Positions 1 through 12,174 of a stretch of 64,000 nucleotides of DNA are shown here, piece by piece; the first letter of the stretch is position 1; each line of letters starts with the position of its first letter. A program made the position numbers and the translations under genes. The notes beneath the pieces were generated by a model. The model searched no databases. It saw only the letters and a list, made by a program, of their open reading frames with translations, and was not told the DNA's origin. The DNA comes from Moniliella sp. 'wahieum' (Eukaryota), in assembly GCA_003971905.1 (NCBI GenBank), contig RSEE01000022.1, forward strand, positions 248,001-312,000, given 5' to 3'.

Positions 1-1505
1 AGGCACCTCGGGCTTGTCGGGTCGGAGGGGGACAGCCTTGGGAAGTGGCAAATCTGTAGGGGGAGATGCAGAAGGAAGAGACGACGGCTTGCTCACCGGA
101 GAAGGGATGCTCCCAACAGTTGCGGAAGTAGCTGTTGAGTCCACTTCGAGGCGAGTTTTCTCCTTCTCCTTCTTCTCCAGAGGCCCATCTTTATCCTTGA
201 GAGTGAGCTTGTCCTTGTTCTTGACGGAATTCTTGGCAGTAAGCGGGTTCTTATCAGTGCCCTTCTCTTTGCCCTTCTCTTTCTCCTTCTCCAAGTCCAT
301 CTCTTTGGCAGGGACTTTTTGCTTATCCTTGCCTGGCACTTTGTCCTGGGCGCCCACCTTCTCCTTCTCCGTCGCAGTCTTCTTCCGCTCCCGCTCCCTC
401 CTCTCGCGATTGGCCTTGCGCCGCGCCGCGTCGACGGCCTCGATACCAATAGGCTCTCCGACGCGAGGGACATGGCTATCATCCTTGTCCGTACGTTTCC
501 TCTTGCGAGAAGTGCCGTTGCTCTTTCCTTTGTCCTTGTCCTTCTCTTCCTTGACTTTAGCATCTTTGTCCTTCGGGTACTTCCCCTTCTCGTCCTCCTC
601 CTCCTTCAAAGGTCGTGCAGGCTTGGCACGCTTCTTAAGCCGTAGTTTCGGTTCCTTACGAGGGGGAGGAGCAGACAGCTCATCAGCCATCTCTCCTTCA
701 GAGAGAGAGAGTTCCCCGCTACCAATTGAAACAGACCTAATGCTCGACTGGGGGAGCGAGTCGCTGTCTTCCTGCTCTTGGACAGGAAGGAGGGGGGGTG
801 ACAGTGCTTCGGGCTCAGGTGGAGGGAGCACAAAGTAAAACACGCGCTCCGAGATCTGGACCTTGGTTCTTGGCATGAAGTCAGTCTTGACCGAAACAGA
901 AAAGAGGGGGGGTGCATACCGGTTGGAAAGCAATACACAAGTGCCGCGATCGTGATAAACGTCATCCACGAACGCACCGTTTCGTCCGAGGACTTGAAAA
1001 ACAAAAGCACCATCTGGCAAGGCTGGACCAAGTTCCTCCTCTTCCACGCGTCGGGGACCAGGCGGATGGGGCAAGGGCACCCCTGCAGGCGAATAGAATA
1101 TGCGTGCATGGTGTCGGGAGATGGACTTGAGCGGTCCCAGGTCCACATCCACCCCGCCTTCTACGCGGGAGCCGGTGATCCTCTGGGCAGGGGGGGGGAA
1201 GGTGCGGTGCCGGGGCGCCGGCCAATAAGGACATCGAGGGTCTGAAGGTAATAGGAGAAGCCGGGGAACTCGAGTTTGGCATACGCCTGGATCTGCTCGC
1301 CCTCGGGCTGGGGCAGTTGGGTGGGAATGGGCAGGTCGTCGAGCAGCGATTGATTCGGCCTCCAGGTCGTCGGGCGGGTCGTCGGGCGGGGGTCGTGCAG
1401 GTCGCGGAGCGACGCGTGCCCACTGGCGGGCGGGGGCATGGGTGGAGGCAGCGGCAGGGGTGCCGGCACGGGGCTCCCGTGGGGCGCTGCGGCAGGGCTG
1501 GACAT
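1..1505 (-). CDS. Fhl1-like FHA-domain transcription factor, N-terminal part (runs off the window start)
   Basis: Reads IQAYAKLEFPGFSYYLQTLDVLIGRR, then (after a frameshift in the G-run at ~1190-1198) GGVDVDLGPLKSISRHHARIFY...FQVLGRNGAFVDD, then an intron ~870-919 and TKVQISERVFYFVLP. These are FHA motifs GR/SxxH/NG of the fungal Fhl1/forkhead type. A Lys/Glu-rich region follows. No forkhead domain is visible inside the window. Confidence 0.75.
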
Positions 1506-2201
1506 GCGCGCGATGGCGACGCGGGCGGAGCAGGCGAGATGGTGGCAGCAGGAGCGTGCGACCGCTGAGAGGCACGCGTTGGGTGGGACGGCCTGCTGAA
1601 TCTGGCGTCGGGGCGGCGATGGTGATACAGACGTGATGCACGCTGCCTCGCCTGCAGCCTAGTGGGCCGGGCGGAATGGGCCGATGTTTGGCGTTCCGCC
1701 CCTGAAACTTTTCCGCCGCCACGTGACATCTTGTTGGTCGGTTCCAACGTCCTCTCCCGCTTCAAGGATGGCGCAGATTGCGAATGGCTCTCCCTGTTTT
1801 CTTTTGGGTTGCTCATATGGTGTGCGGCAGCAATTGCAATGCACAACCCGCTACAGAGGACGCACAAGAGGGGAGCACAACCGATGTCCGTCTCTTTGCC
1901 ATTCTCCCGCTCGTCCGTATAGGCGTTTGACGTGTGCGTCAGTACGTCTCCATCCATTTCTTACTTACAATCCGTTCTGTGGCCGCAACATATACGTTGT
2001 GTATGCTGGCGCAAGCGGTCATCAAACAAAGAATACACACCGATCGATGAGCAGTGGATCAACAAAGACAAAGGGAGAGAAAATGTACCCAAAAGAGATT
2101 CCACAACCCACAATACCCTTATGTTGTGGTCATCATGCGGAGCCTGTGATGAATACCGGCCCACAAGGCCATTCTCTCTCCTCTTGCATCACACACACCT
2201 C

Positions 2202-4208
2202 TTATGACCAGAGCCACGCCACCAAGCGCATCCATCGCTTTGGTGGACGAGGAACGTCTTCCGGGTGGCCGTGGTGGAACTGTGAGAGCCACGGCTGGAG
2301 AGGTACGTCAGCCAGTGGGATCCAGTCCCACCCCGACCACACCAACTGGTATCCCACCAGAATAAGGATGTTAAACACCGGGCTGGCATAGGCACTAAGC
2401 AGTGTCTTGACCTCAAACTTGCCAGGGATAAAGAGTTTCACCCCGCCCGACAACAGTAGAAATATGCACCCAACCAGTGCCACATAACCGCAATATGGCT
2501 GTAATGGTGTCGCCCAGGGAAGGGAAGCGCGTTCGATACCTTGGGCTCGTTGGGCACGATATACGTGCAAAAAGGTAATGGAGATGCAGATCCATGTGTA
2601 GAGCATGGCCGATTTGGTCGCAGCCATAAGATAGCTGAACACCTCGGCAGCGGTAGAAGAGAGAGTTGTATAAGCAAGACCAATACCCGAAAGCAGCACA
2701 CCCACCGCGTAGTAGGGCACACCAAACCGGTGCACCTTAAGGAAGAAGCGATAGCACTTCATCTTGGGCCAGGACCATGATACTTCGTGAACCGCCCATT
2801 AGGCTTGCCGTGCTCCACGCAGAGATGATGATGCCGACCTCAATGATCGAAGGGAGAACACGGTATCCCGCTCGCTGGGCCGCAATCACAAATGGTGACT
2901 GGTTTCTATTGCCTCCCAGAAGGAAGGGGTCATCGCTACTGACAAGCACTCCGGCAGCCAAGGCAAGCAGGACGTAAATAACGAAAATCCGGATAAAGAC
3001 GCGAGAAATTGCACGTCTTGTGGTGTATCGAGGGGAAGTGGTCTCTGCAGCGGCCAGGGCAGTGGCCTCACACCCTCCCATTGCATACACACATGGGGAT
3101 AGGGCAACCCATAGTGCTAGAAGGCGCCCAGCTCCGTTGGATAGAAAGTAGGTTTTCATCGGGCCGGGCTCACGCCAATAATGGAATCCCAAAAGCGTGC
3201 CCGTCGAACCGCTTCCCAGGTCGATGCATAATGAGAAAATGAGGATGAAGATCACCATGCAGAGCTTGAAGAGTGCGAATAGGAACTCCATCTCGGCCCA
3301 GATCCTTACCACTTCTCATACCCGTCAGAATATTGCTTTGCTGCTGTATATGAATGGCAATAAAAACAAAGGAAGGGGGGTGGTGAGGTGGCGGCAAGAG
3401 GAAATACATACTAAGATGTTGGCAAGAAGCATGAGGAAACCAAAAACGGTTACCCAAACGGCAGGACTTACCCCTGTCCAGAATTGGACGAGCACGACGC
3501 AAGAGGCAACCTCGCTGGCCATTCCGACGAACGTTGAATAGATCAGGTTGATACCCAAAGCGACCCCAAAAGCAGGGAGACAACATGCCGGCGTGCCGGA
3601 GATGGCTTCCAGTCACAGGGGCGAGGCAGGCAATTTCCCCTAAACACAGCATGGTGCAGGCGACTATGATCCCCACAAAGATAAAACGAGCAGGAGTGAG
3701 AGGGGCCCTGCAACAAGCAGGGGGTGGGCGATGCCGAGCCAAGCTGCGGTACCCACTACCCCCGAAAGAGCAACCATCTGTACATGTCGGTTTTGGATCC
3801 CCCTCGTAGGTCGTCAGAACGAAAGACACTGTTCTCACCTTGTTCGAATTCGGACGTGTCGCCCCACTCTCTCTTGGGCCCAGCAAATTTGTCCAACGCC
3901 TCGGTCAAGCCGTCCAGCTTCTTGGATTTAATATTGTTACTGCTTTGCGCCGAAAGTGCTTCTTCTTCAACAGAGACGCTCTGTTGAAATGTGAGTGCAG
4001 TGACAGTTGGCTCCTTCTCAAAGTCCTCTTCAGGAATGTCTTCCAACTTGAGGTGCAACGGCTTATGCTGCTCGGGCGAATGGAGTGTTACTTGGACCGG
4101 GGGGAGAGAAGAGAGATTGAGGTCTGTGGAGGGTGGGTGGAGGGGAGTTATAACATGGACCGTCGCCACAGGACAGCTGCTCTGTAATGTAGGAGGATGC
4201 GAGCTCAT
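2202..4208 (-). CDS. Amino-acid permease (APC superfamily, yeast amino acid transporter family)
   Basis: Joined ORF fragments: FIFVGIIVACTMLCLGEIA, WAEMEFLFALFKL, LGFHYWREPG, YAMGGCEATALAAAET, SPFVIAAQRAG, GVPYYAVGV, WICISITFLH, LPWATPLQPY. Multiple TM helices; introns near 3.31-3.41 kb and ~3.8 kb plus frameshifts. Confidence 0.9.
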
Positions 4209-5049
4209 TTTCTCTTGAAAGGACGCAGGTGGGGGAGATGAAGAGAAAAAGTATTCGCTGAGACCGCTTCCTCTCGGGTGTTGTTTTCAAGACTGATACT
4301 GTAGGCAACACCCACAACAGAGTGATTGGTGGTGAAGGTGGTACTGTACAGAAAACGAAAAGAGAAAAGGGACTCGCGCCCACGAAGCGAAAAGTCAGAC
4401 ATATATATGGAGAGAGACTCTTCTGATTGCCAACTGACAGCAGGAGGGAGACAATATCACGGCAACAGTCACTATACTGTAGAGGGAAGTGCCGTGAGAC
4501 AATTACATCGACTCAGAAGATTGGTATGGCTTCTGAAAGCCTGTAAGTCCTAAAGCTGTATGGTGCGAGATATCGATAACAGACCAAAAGTGCTCTTCTC
4601 TTCGATCATCGTTATCGATTTAGATCGAAAAGCTCCTCTCATTGGCCCCTGGACAGATATAATGTACGTAGTTTTAGTATTAGTCGCCTTTGCCCAACTA
4701 TATGGCCTACATCTATATGTAGAGTGTGTTAGGCGTATATGTATAAGGCCTAAGGCGTGTGGAGTAAGAGCTAAATACAGAGTTGGCTTTCAAACGTCAT
4801 CGATATAGGGTGTGACATGTGACGCGTGCTGCCTTCTTCAAAGACTTTTCTCGTTATATATACGTGATAGCTCTCCTTTTGATGGACCTCTCTTACTGTC
4901 TGGAGGGATACCCACAGCATGGAAACCGATGAAATTGAGGTGGACCTGTGGTCTACGATTGGGAGCCGGAGAGCCATGTACACAGTCAACAGCGTCTACC
5001 AAAATATTCAAAGGATGATCTATCCGGAGTCGCTGGCCCTTTCCAAACA

Positions 5050-5145
5050 GGTCGATTAGCTCAGTTGGTCAGAGCGTGGTACTAATACATCCGCTACGGA
5101 GTATCGGTTATGCCAAGGTCATGAGTTCAAGCCTCATATTGACCA
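5050..5145 (+). tRNA. tRNA-Ile(AAT) with 22-nt intron (5088-5109)
   Basis: Acceptor GGTCGAT/ATTGACC, D-arm GCTC/GAGC, anticodon stem TGGTA/TGCCA with loop CT-AAT-A^A, T-arm ATGAG-TTCAAGC-CTCAT, then a T6 Pol III terminator. Confidence 0.95.
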
Positions 5146-5544
5146 CTTTTTTCCTTTTCAAAAACCAAAACCAACCCCCACTTCAGTTTCGACCCATCAG
5201 TGCAGACATCTCGTTCACTGCATGGGCAAACATCAGATGCAATGTAACGACCGAGTGATCGATGGCGGATGGTCCGCATCGATCGCCTGAAATGCGGGCC
5301 CAGCTGGCCTTCGACAGCCGACAACCACACTGAACATATGAAACCCACACACGAAACACTGCCTCTGCGCTGGATGCGCGAGGAGCAACACTCACTGCCC
5401 CCGTGCCTGTGCGCCTGTGCGCCACCAGCGCATGCTGGCACAGGCGCGGCAGAAGAGCCGCTCCTGGGTCGTCAGAGCTGTGCGGCAGGTGTTGTTTGAG
5501 TCGCGGCCACCGCGCCCAACACCCAGCTGTGCTGCCCCACCACC

Positions 5545-8500
5545 ATGCCCGCCGCCTGCCACCGCCTCTGATCCTGCACAGGAAGCGGCATCGGACATGC
5601 CGCTCGTCCCGGCCGCCTCGGACCCCCCAGAGCCCCCGCAGGCGCCTGCGTCCAAGGAGGCGCCAGGCAAGGAGGCGGGTTCCCCGGCGACCGAGGAGGC
5701 CAACGCGGCCGAACAGGCGACCGACACGCCTGCCTCCGGCGCCCCCAAGGAGCATTCTGCTAGTCCTTCTGTCGATGTGCTGCCAGACGAGGCCGAGCCG
5801 ATCGGCGCACAAGACGCTGCCTCTGCGCTTCCATCCGAGGAGAGCAGCGCCGCTGCTCAGGCGCCCCCGGCTTCCAAGCAGGAGGAGACCCCTCCGTCCC
5901 CGCCTCCGTCCAGCCAAGAAGCCCCTACCGAACCGACCATGCTGCCTTCCGTCCCCGCCTCTGGCCTCGAGGTGGCCACTGAAGACCCTTCCCTGATTTC
6001 TGCACCGGCATCCGAGCCGTCTGCGCCTGCTGCCACGGAGGGTTCGTCCGAGGTGGTCGAGTCGGACCCTGTCGCCCCGCCCAGCGATGCTCCCGAATCC
6101 GGCTCAACTTCCCCTCCCAAGTCGGCAGCCCCAACTGCACCCACTCCGCCCGTTGATGCCGGCGAGCCGCCGGCTGAGGTAGCAGAGCCGCCTGCTCAGC
6201 CCCCGATCGCCTCGAATGACGCTCCTGGGCATTCAGCCACGACTGCCTCCAAGTCGCCCAGCACCGTCCAGACTGAGGACATCAAGAGTCCAGGCCCACC
6301 CAAGCCCACAGGCGGGGACAAGGAGAAGACGGCAGAAAAGCCAACCAAGCCCCGTGTCAGTCGGGCTCCGCTGGCTCCGCGTCCTTCCGCCCGCCCCGCG
6401 GCTCCCTCGCTCGTTCGTCATGCGCGAACTTCCTCCGCCACACCTGCCGTCAGCACTACTGCCACCGGCGTCCGCGTTCGCCCCGCTGCCCGGCCCTCGA
6501 CGACTACGACGGCCGCGGCTGGGACAAAGCATGGCCATTCCTCTGGCTCGGAGAACACGTCATCCCCCGCGCGTCGTCCCCTCACAACGCCCCGACCGTC
6601 CGTACGTCCTCGCACCGCGCCTGCCCCCGCTTCGACCACGCCGGCGGCCTCGGCATCCACCCCAGCGCCCACTCGGAAGGTGGCAAGTTCCATCCCTTCC
6701 CACCGCGTCGCACGGCCGTCGGCATCGAAGGACGTACCGGTTCGTCGGGTGTTGGTGCGCAAGCCGGAGGAGAAACCGGCACCAGGCAAAGAGGAGAAGT
6801 CTGGTACCCGCGCTTGCCAAGGAGAGCAAGCCCGCGCCCATCTCAACCAAGAGCACACTTAAGGAGGCCAAGACGGGCAAGCCACTTTCCTCCGTTGCCA
6901 CTGCCCGAGCCGAGGAGGTGAATCGCCTGCAGTCCGAATTGGCCGGAGCCAAAGAGACGATTGCCTCCCTCACGGACGAGAAGGAGACGTACGTGGCCCA
7001 GGTGGCAGAGCAGCAGCGACTCCGTCAAGAGGTTGAGGCCCAACTTGCCCCTCTCGAAGAAGGCGAACAACAAGCCAAAGCGACAATTGAGAAGCTGGAA
7101 TCAGAGAAGCGTACCCTGGAAACGGCCCAAGCCGATCTCGAGTCGCAGAAGGAGAAGATCAAGGCGGAAACCGAAGCCTTGCAGCAGGAGATTGAGCATT
7201 TGAAGACCCAACTTTCCGAGGCAGAGGGTAAGACGAAGGCCCAACAGGACGAGGTGGTCCGACTTCAGACTGAATTGGAGCAGGCCACAAAGACCATTAG
7301 CAGTCTCGAGGCCAAGGTGGAGGCTGGCCAGTCCCTTGCAAAGGAGCTGGAGGAGAAGCAAGCCCTGCTGGTTCAATTGCAAGATCAAGTGCACAAGAGC
7401 GAAACGGACGCTGTTCGCATGAAAGAGACGGAGGCGAGCCTGACGTCCCAACTCGAAGCGAGCCAGGCCTCTCTTTCCCAAGCCGAAAAGGAAGCGGAAG
7501 GGCACACCACTAGACTTGCTACGATCACAAAGGAGCACGAGGACCAGCTCACGCAACAGAAGGAGAACCACGCCTCTGCTCTGGCCAATGTCCAGACTGA
7601 ACTCCAGGCCGCCAACGACGACGCGGCGCACCTGCGCCAGGAGCTGGATAGTGCGCTCAAGTTGTCGGCCCAACGGGGGTGAGGTAGAGTCCCTCACGCT
7701 GAAGGCTAAGGAAGCGGAAGCCGGGCTTAAGACGGCCATGGACAAGGCGCGGGAGGAGGCACGCGCCGAGTTCAGTACCGAACTGGAGCACTTGCGCGAA
7801 ACGGTAGCCGGGGAGCACCGTGCCTCGCTGGAAGCTCAGCGGGGAGAGATGGAGCGTCTGCGTCTCGAGGTCGAAGCGGCGGGCCAGGCGCGTGAGAAGG
7901 CGCTGAAGGATGCCGAGACTAGGCGGCTGACTGACCAGGAGGCCTTCACGGCTGATCAAACTCGTTTCCAGAATACCCTCAAAGAATTGGAGGCCGAGGT
8001 CAAGCAGGCCAAGGATGCCCATGCGAAAGCTGAGAGCAAAGTGGAGGGGTGCAACGCCGGCTTGACGATGTGAAGAAGACGCATCTGTCCCCAGCGGAGA
8101 AGGACAAGGTGAATGCCCAAGTGCTCGCACTCCAGGAGGAGGTGGAAACCCTCAAGGCCCAGGGAGGCAATAAGGAGACCGAGCTGCAGACGCGGATTGC
8201 CTCATTGGAGAAGGAACGAAAGGAAGCGGCGGTGGAAGCGGCCGAGAAGAGAGCGGAAGAGCAGAGGAAGGCCCAGAGTCAGCTCAAAGAGGCAGAGGAG
8301 AAGTTCCAAGCCCAGCTCAAGCAGGCCGAGGAAACCATCAAGGTACGTATTTTGGTCACACTGCCAGGCTATAACAGATGATAAAGAAACTGACTTCGCG
8401 TGTCTGCAGTCCACTCGGGAGCAGCTGGCAGACATGACGCTCGAACGGGACGGACTAATTCACTCTCCCCCCCACCCGCACAGAAGGAGCTGCTGTCAGA

Positions 8501-8690
8501 TGATGATCCCACTGCCCTAGTAGGCCAACACGCGGTGCACGTGCGGGAGAAGGCAGAGCTAGTGCGGGCTCACCAGGAGGCTCTTTCCGCTGTTGAGCGT
8601 GACCTTGTCAAGGAGAGGGAGGAGAAACAGGCCCTTTTGGCCAAATTGCGGGTCTTGGACCGCTCTGAGGAAGGAGCGACGGAAGCATAA
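5545..8690 (+). CDS. Large hypothetical protein: acidic Pro/Ala-rich N-terminus, basic Pro/Arg/Thr-rich middle, long C-terminal coiled coil
   Basis: Chain of overlapping + ORFs (5417-6862, 6216-7682, 7516-8073, 8049-8381, 8400-8690) joined by frameshifts. Heptad-like E/K/Q/A/L composition from ~6900. Intron 8343-8409 (GTACGT...CTGAC...CAG). Start placed at CACCATG 5545 by context only. Confidence 0.7.
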
Positions 8691-9398
8691 ACTTGCCCCC
8701 CCCAGGCTGATAGTCGTTATTATACTCTTTTTTTTTACCAAAGTCTGTCCCTCCTGTCCCATCAAACCGCTATACAGCCGCTTGGGGAGGCGGTCAGCGC
8801 ACCTTCCGAAGATCTCAATCACCCCTCTTCGTTTGGATAAAAACTCTTCGATTTGGTACGTGGCAGCCGCAGGCGAAGCATTTGGACTTGGTGCTAATAC
8901 ACGGTCTTTTCTCCATCGAACAGGTACCTGCAAGAAACCACTTTTTTGATATGAGGTGGGGGAACTAGCGCTTCGTAGCCCATTATTGAATCAATGTCCT
9001 ATTCTGCGTGCGGTGAACTAGTAGCTATACAATCGCAGCATGGAGGGGGGGGGGGGCGAGGGTACTATCGGGACCTGTGGTCCCCTAGGGTAGACTAAAG
9101 CGCCTTGCTAGGCCGCTTTACCCTTATGATAGTTCAACACTCTTTTGTCCCCTCTTTCACCCCCGAAATCTACACAATCCACTGGCCTGTTCAAACCCTC
9201 ACTCTCTGTCACTACGTGTAGTGCACTGCATAAGGCTCTCGTCGACCTCGTCAATGTACCCCTACCATCCTTGGACACAAAAAGATATGAGATCAGACAA
9301 ATAGATTGATTGAGTGTAGGATACATGTATACTGATGAGACTGGCATTTGGTGCGTTACCGGGTGCACCGTCCAAAGGGATCGATCGGCTCATCGTGT

Positions 9399-11013
9399 TC
9401 ACGCCAGGGCGGTAGCGTTGTTGAAAGCAAGGGCGTTCGGGCTGCCCTGGACGTCAACCAGAGCGTCCTTGGTAGCAAACTTGATCAGGGCCTTCTTCAG
9501 GTCCGATGGGTGGAGGACGGAAACAACCGTCTTCTTCGGCGTGGGCGAGAGCGACTCGACGAGCCATTCAAGTGCGGCCACAGGCATGGGCGCCGACTGG
9601 AGGGCACCGCTGACCTCACGCAGGCCGAGGCAATCGTGCGCTGCGCCTGTTGCTCAGCCAACTCGTCAAGCGACGTGACCGGCAGCGGGTCCTCGAGCAC
9701 AACAAAGTCCTCGGTGCCATAGATACTAAGGAGGTAGGCCAGCAGTCCTACGTGTGAGGGGTGGCCATCGAGGTACCAGACAGAATGGCAGTCGCATCCT
9801 TCCACGTGTTCCAGGTGGACTTGATGTTAAGGCCAGGGGCAAAAATGTCGACGCACGACCCCTTGTTGGAGAAGTAGGCACGCTTGTCCGACACATCCGA
9901 TGCGCCCACCGTCACAGGAAGCGACGCACCCGCAGGGGAAGTCCAGCATGCATCCGATTCATGTTCTCATTGCCCCCGCGACAGCAAAGTGGAGACCCGA
10001 CGAAACAGCACCATTGACAGCAGCGTCGAGCGTGGGCGACTTGCCACCGCCCAGAGACATGTTGGCAACAAAGCCCTTGTGCTTCTTGCGTGTCGCCGGG
10101 TCCTTCGACGCAAGCTTGGCACTGATCTCCTGTGCGTCCTTCACAGCCCAGAGAACCCCCGCCGTCACATCCGACATGGTGCCATGCCGAGGACCGGAGC
10201 ACCTTGACGGCAACCAAGTCGGCGTTCTTGGCAACACCATACGTCTTGCCACCAATGGTACCACACAGTGGGTGCCGTGTCCGTTGCCGTCCTCATCCGG
10301 GTCACCATAGGAATGGTCTTGCCCCAGCGGGCGCGGCCCTCAATCGGTGTGGTGAATGTAGACACCGGTGCTGAGGTCGTGTTAGCATGCGCTGCTCAAG
10401 CTGCGGGACAAGGGATAAGAACGTACTCAATGATGTAAGCTGTCACACGGCTCCGCCGCCTCGTCGTAAATGTAGTTGTTGAATGTGCCATAGCCGAGTT
10501 GGTCGCGGTGGGAAATGCGAGCCAAGCCCCAGGGGGCATCCTTCTCGGTGAGATGCTTGTGGTCTTCGACGATGACCTTTCGGGCATGACCTGGGTCTTG
10601 ACAATCGAGTCGCGCTCCACGTACTCAACCTCGTCCTGCGCACGAATGAACGCCAGCACATCGTCGGTGAACTGCCCCGAGTAGCCTTGGAGGTGGCCCT
10701 CCAAGTCGTACACGTGGCGAATGCCGTGCTGGGCCGAGGAGGCAGCGTTGAATCCATAATAGGCGTTGGCGGCCTCTTGCGCCGAAGCAATCGTGTCCTG
10801 GTGCGCCAGGAAAGAGCTGGCAGAGACGCCCTTGAGCTTGACAATGTAGTTGTCCGGCACCTCGCCCAGATGGCCTTCAGCGCTCTTCAGTGCGGCAGGC
10901 ACAACCGATGCGTCTTGGATTGTTGCGCCGGGCACAAAGCGGGGCTTGGTGGGGCGCGCGGTGGCCACAGCGGCCAGGGCAAGGCCGACGGCGGTCGTCG
11001 AGAGCAGACGCAT
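9399..11013 (-). CDS. PRB1: Subtilisin-like (S8) serine protease, vacuolar proteinase B type, with signal peptide and I9 propeptide
   Basis: Signal MRLLSTTAVGLALAAVATA, propeptide YIVKLK...GYSGQF...VEYVERDS, APWGLARISHR. Catalytic D (YIIDTG across an intron ~10373-10427), H (GNGHGTH) and S (LSGTSMATPH); also ANMSLGGG and C-terminal PNALAFN. Confidence 0.92.
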
Positions 11014-12174
11014 GCTGGTGGACGAAAGTAGAGAAAGGAGGGGCGGAGGGGGGAGGAGGCAGTGGGTGGGTGGCCTAGGCAGGGATGGAGGCCGCGGGGG
11101 GAAAAGCAGGCTGCGATGGACGGGGGTATTTAAGGGCAGGCGAGCGCTGGCTTATCGGCGCGATAATCGATAACGGTCTGTCCTGCCTCTCCTCTATCGA
11201 TATCGATATCTCCACAGCACGAATGGCAGTGGCGATAGCCGGTGCTGTCGCCACCGCCTGCCACACAGGCCACGCCATCCCCGCCCTCTGCCCTCTGCCC
11301 CCGTGGGTGTCCCCAGGCAGGGCGCCAGTGCTGCGGGATAATGACGTCACTGTTGCTATTGCGCGCAGGGTGGGGAGGCCGGCCGGGGGGCAGTAGCCAT
11401 GGTATGACTCGATCGATCGATCATCGGCCAGAAGCAGTAGCTAGTGGGTAGGGCGGCAGGCGGGCAGTGTATGATGCGTGGTGGCTGATGCAGGTGCGAT
11501 GGCGCCAACCCGGCTCCTGGATCCGTCCACTGGGGGGCACTAATAGCTGCGCGCCAGCACTGCTCCAGCCGCCTCCCGCGGGCTCCCGCTGGCTCCTGCT
11601 CTGGGATCTGAGACGGGTTCTTAGGCCCTGCGCTCTCCTGCGGCCACCCAAGCCACAGTTGAGCTGAGGCCGGCTTTTTAGCACCAGGCTCTCTGGTGTG
11701 CGCGCGACGAGATAAGATCTGTCGGGATCAATCGATCACGCTAGCTTACTCCTGTGTGCCATTTGGCTGATATCGATTAGATAACTCCCTGTAGCGTTGA
11801 CCCTTTCCTCCGATCTCCCATCCGTGTCTCTTGGCCACCACCTCCCGCCTCGCCATCTGGCCGGCACCTCCATCCTCATCTCCTCCTACGACCTGCAACT
11901 ATACACACTCGCGCTGCATTCCTCCGTGCAAGCAGAAAATCATCGGCAGTCATAAGCGCTCTCCAAGTCTCCTATACCGTGTGAACTGGAACCCCATCAA
12001 ACACATCCACCAGGATACACCTCATGTCAATCGCCCCTGGTAGCTTTTTGGACTACAGCATCATCGCATCGCGGCCACCCGCAGTACTTGCAGACGCGTC
12101 TCTATTCTATCGGAGCCAGCAATTCCATCACACAAAAGTAAAAAGCGCAAAAATCTGTTGAATGAGCTGGACGA

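Noticed and set aside
14..838. Long antisense or alternate-frame ORFs (e.g. 14-838, 7101-7745, 21080-21868, 35239-36120, 51570-52187, 61711-62160)
   Set aside because: They are shadows of real genes on the opposite strand, expected in GC-rich coding DNA.
9087..9124. Hairpin TAAAGCG...CGCTTTA between convergent genes, read as an intrinsic terminator
   Set aside because: Rho-independent terminators do not apply to a fungal nuclear locus, and a 7-bp stem is within chance.
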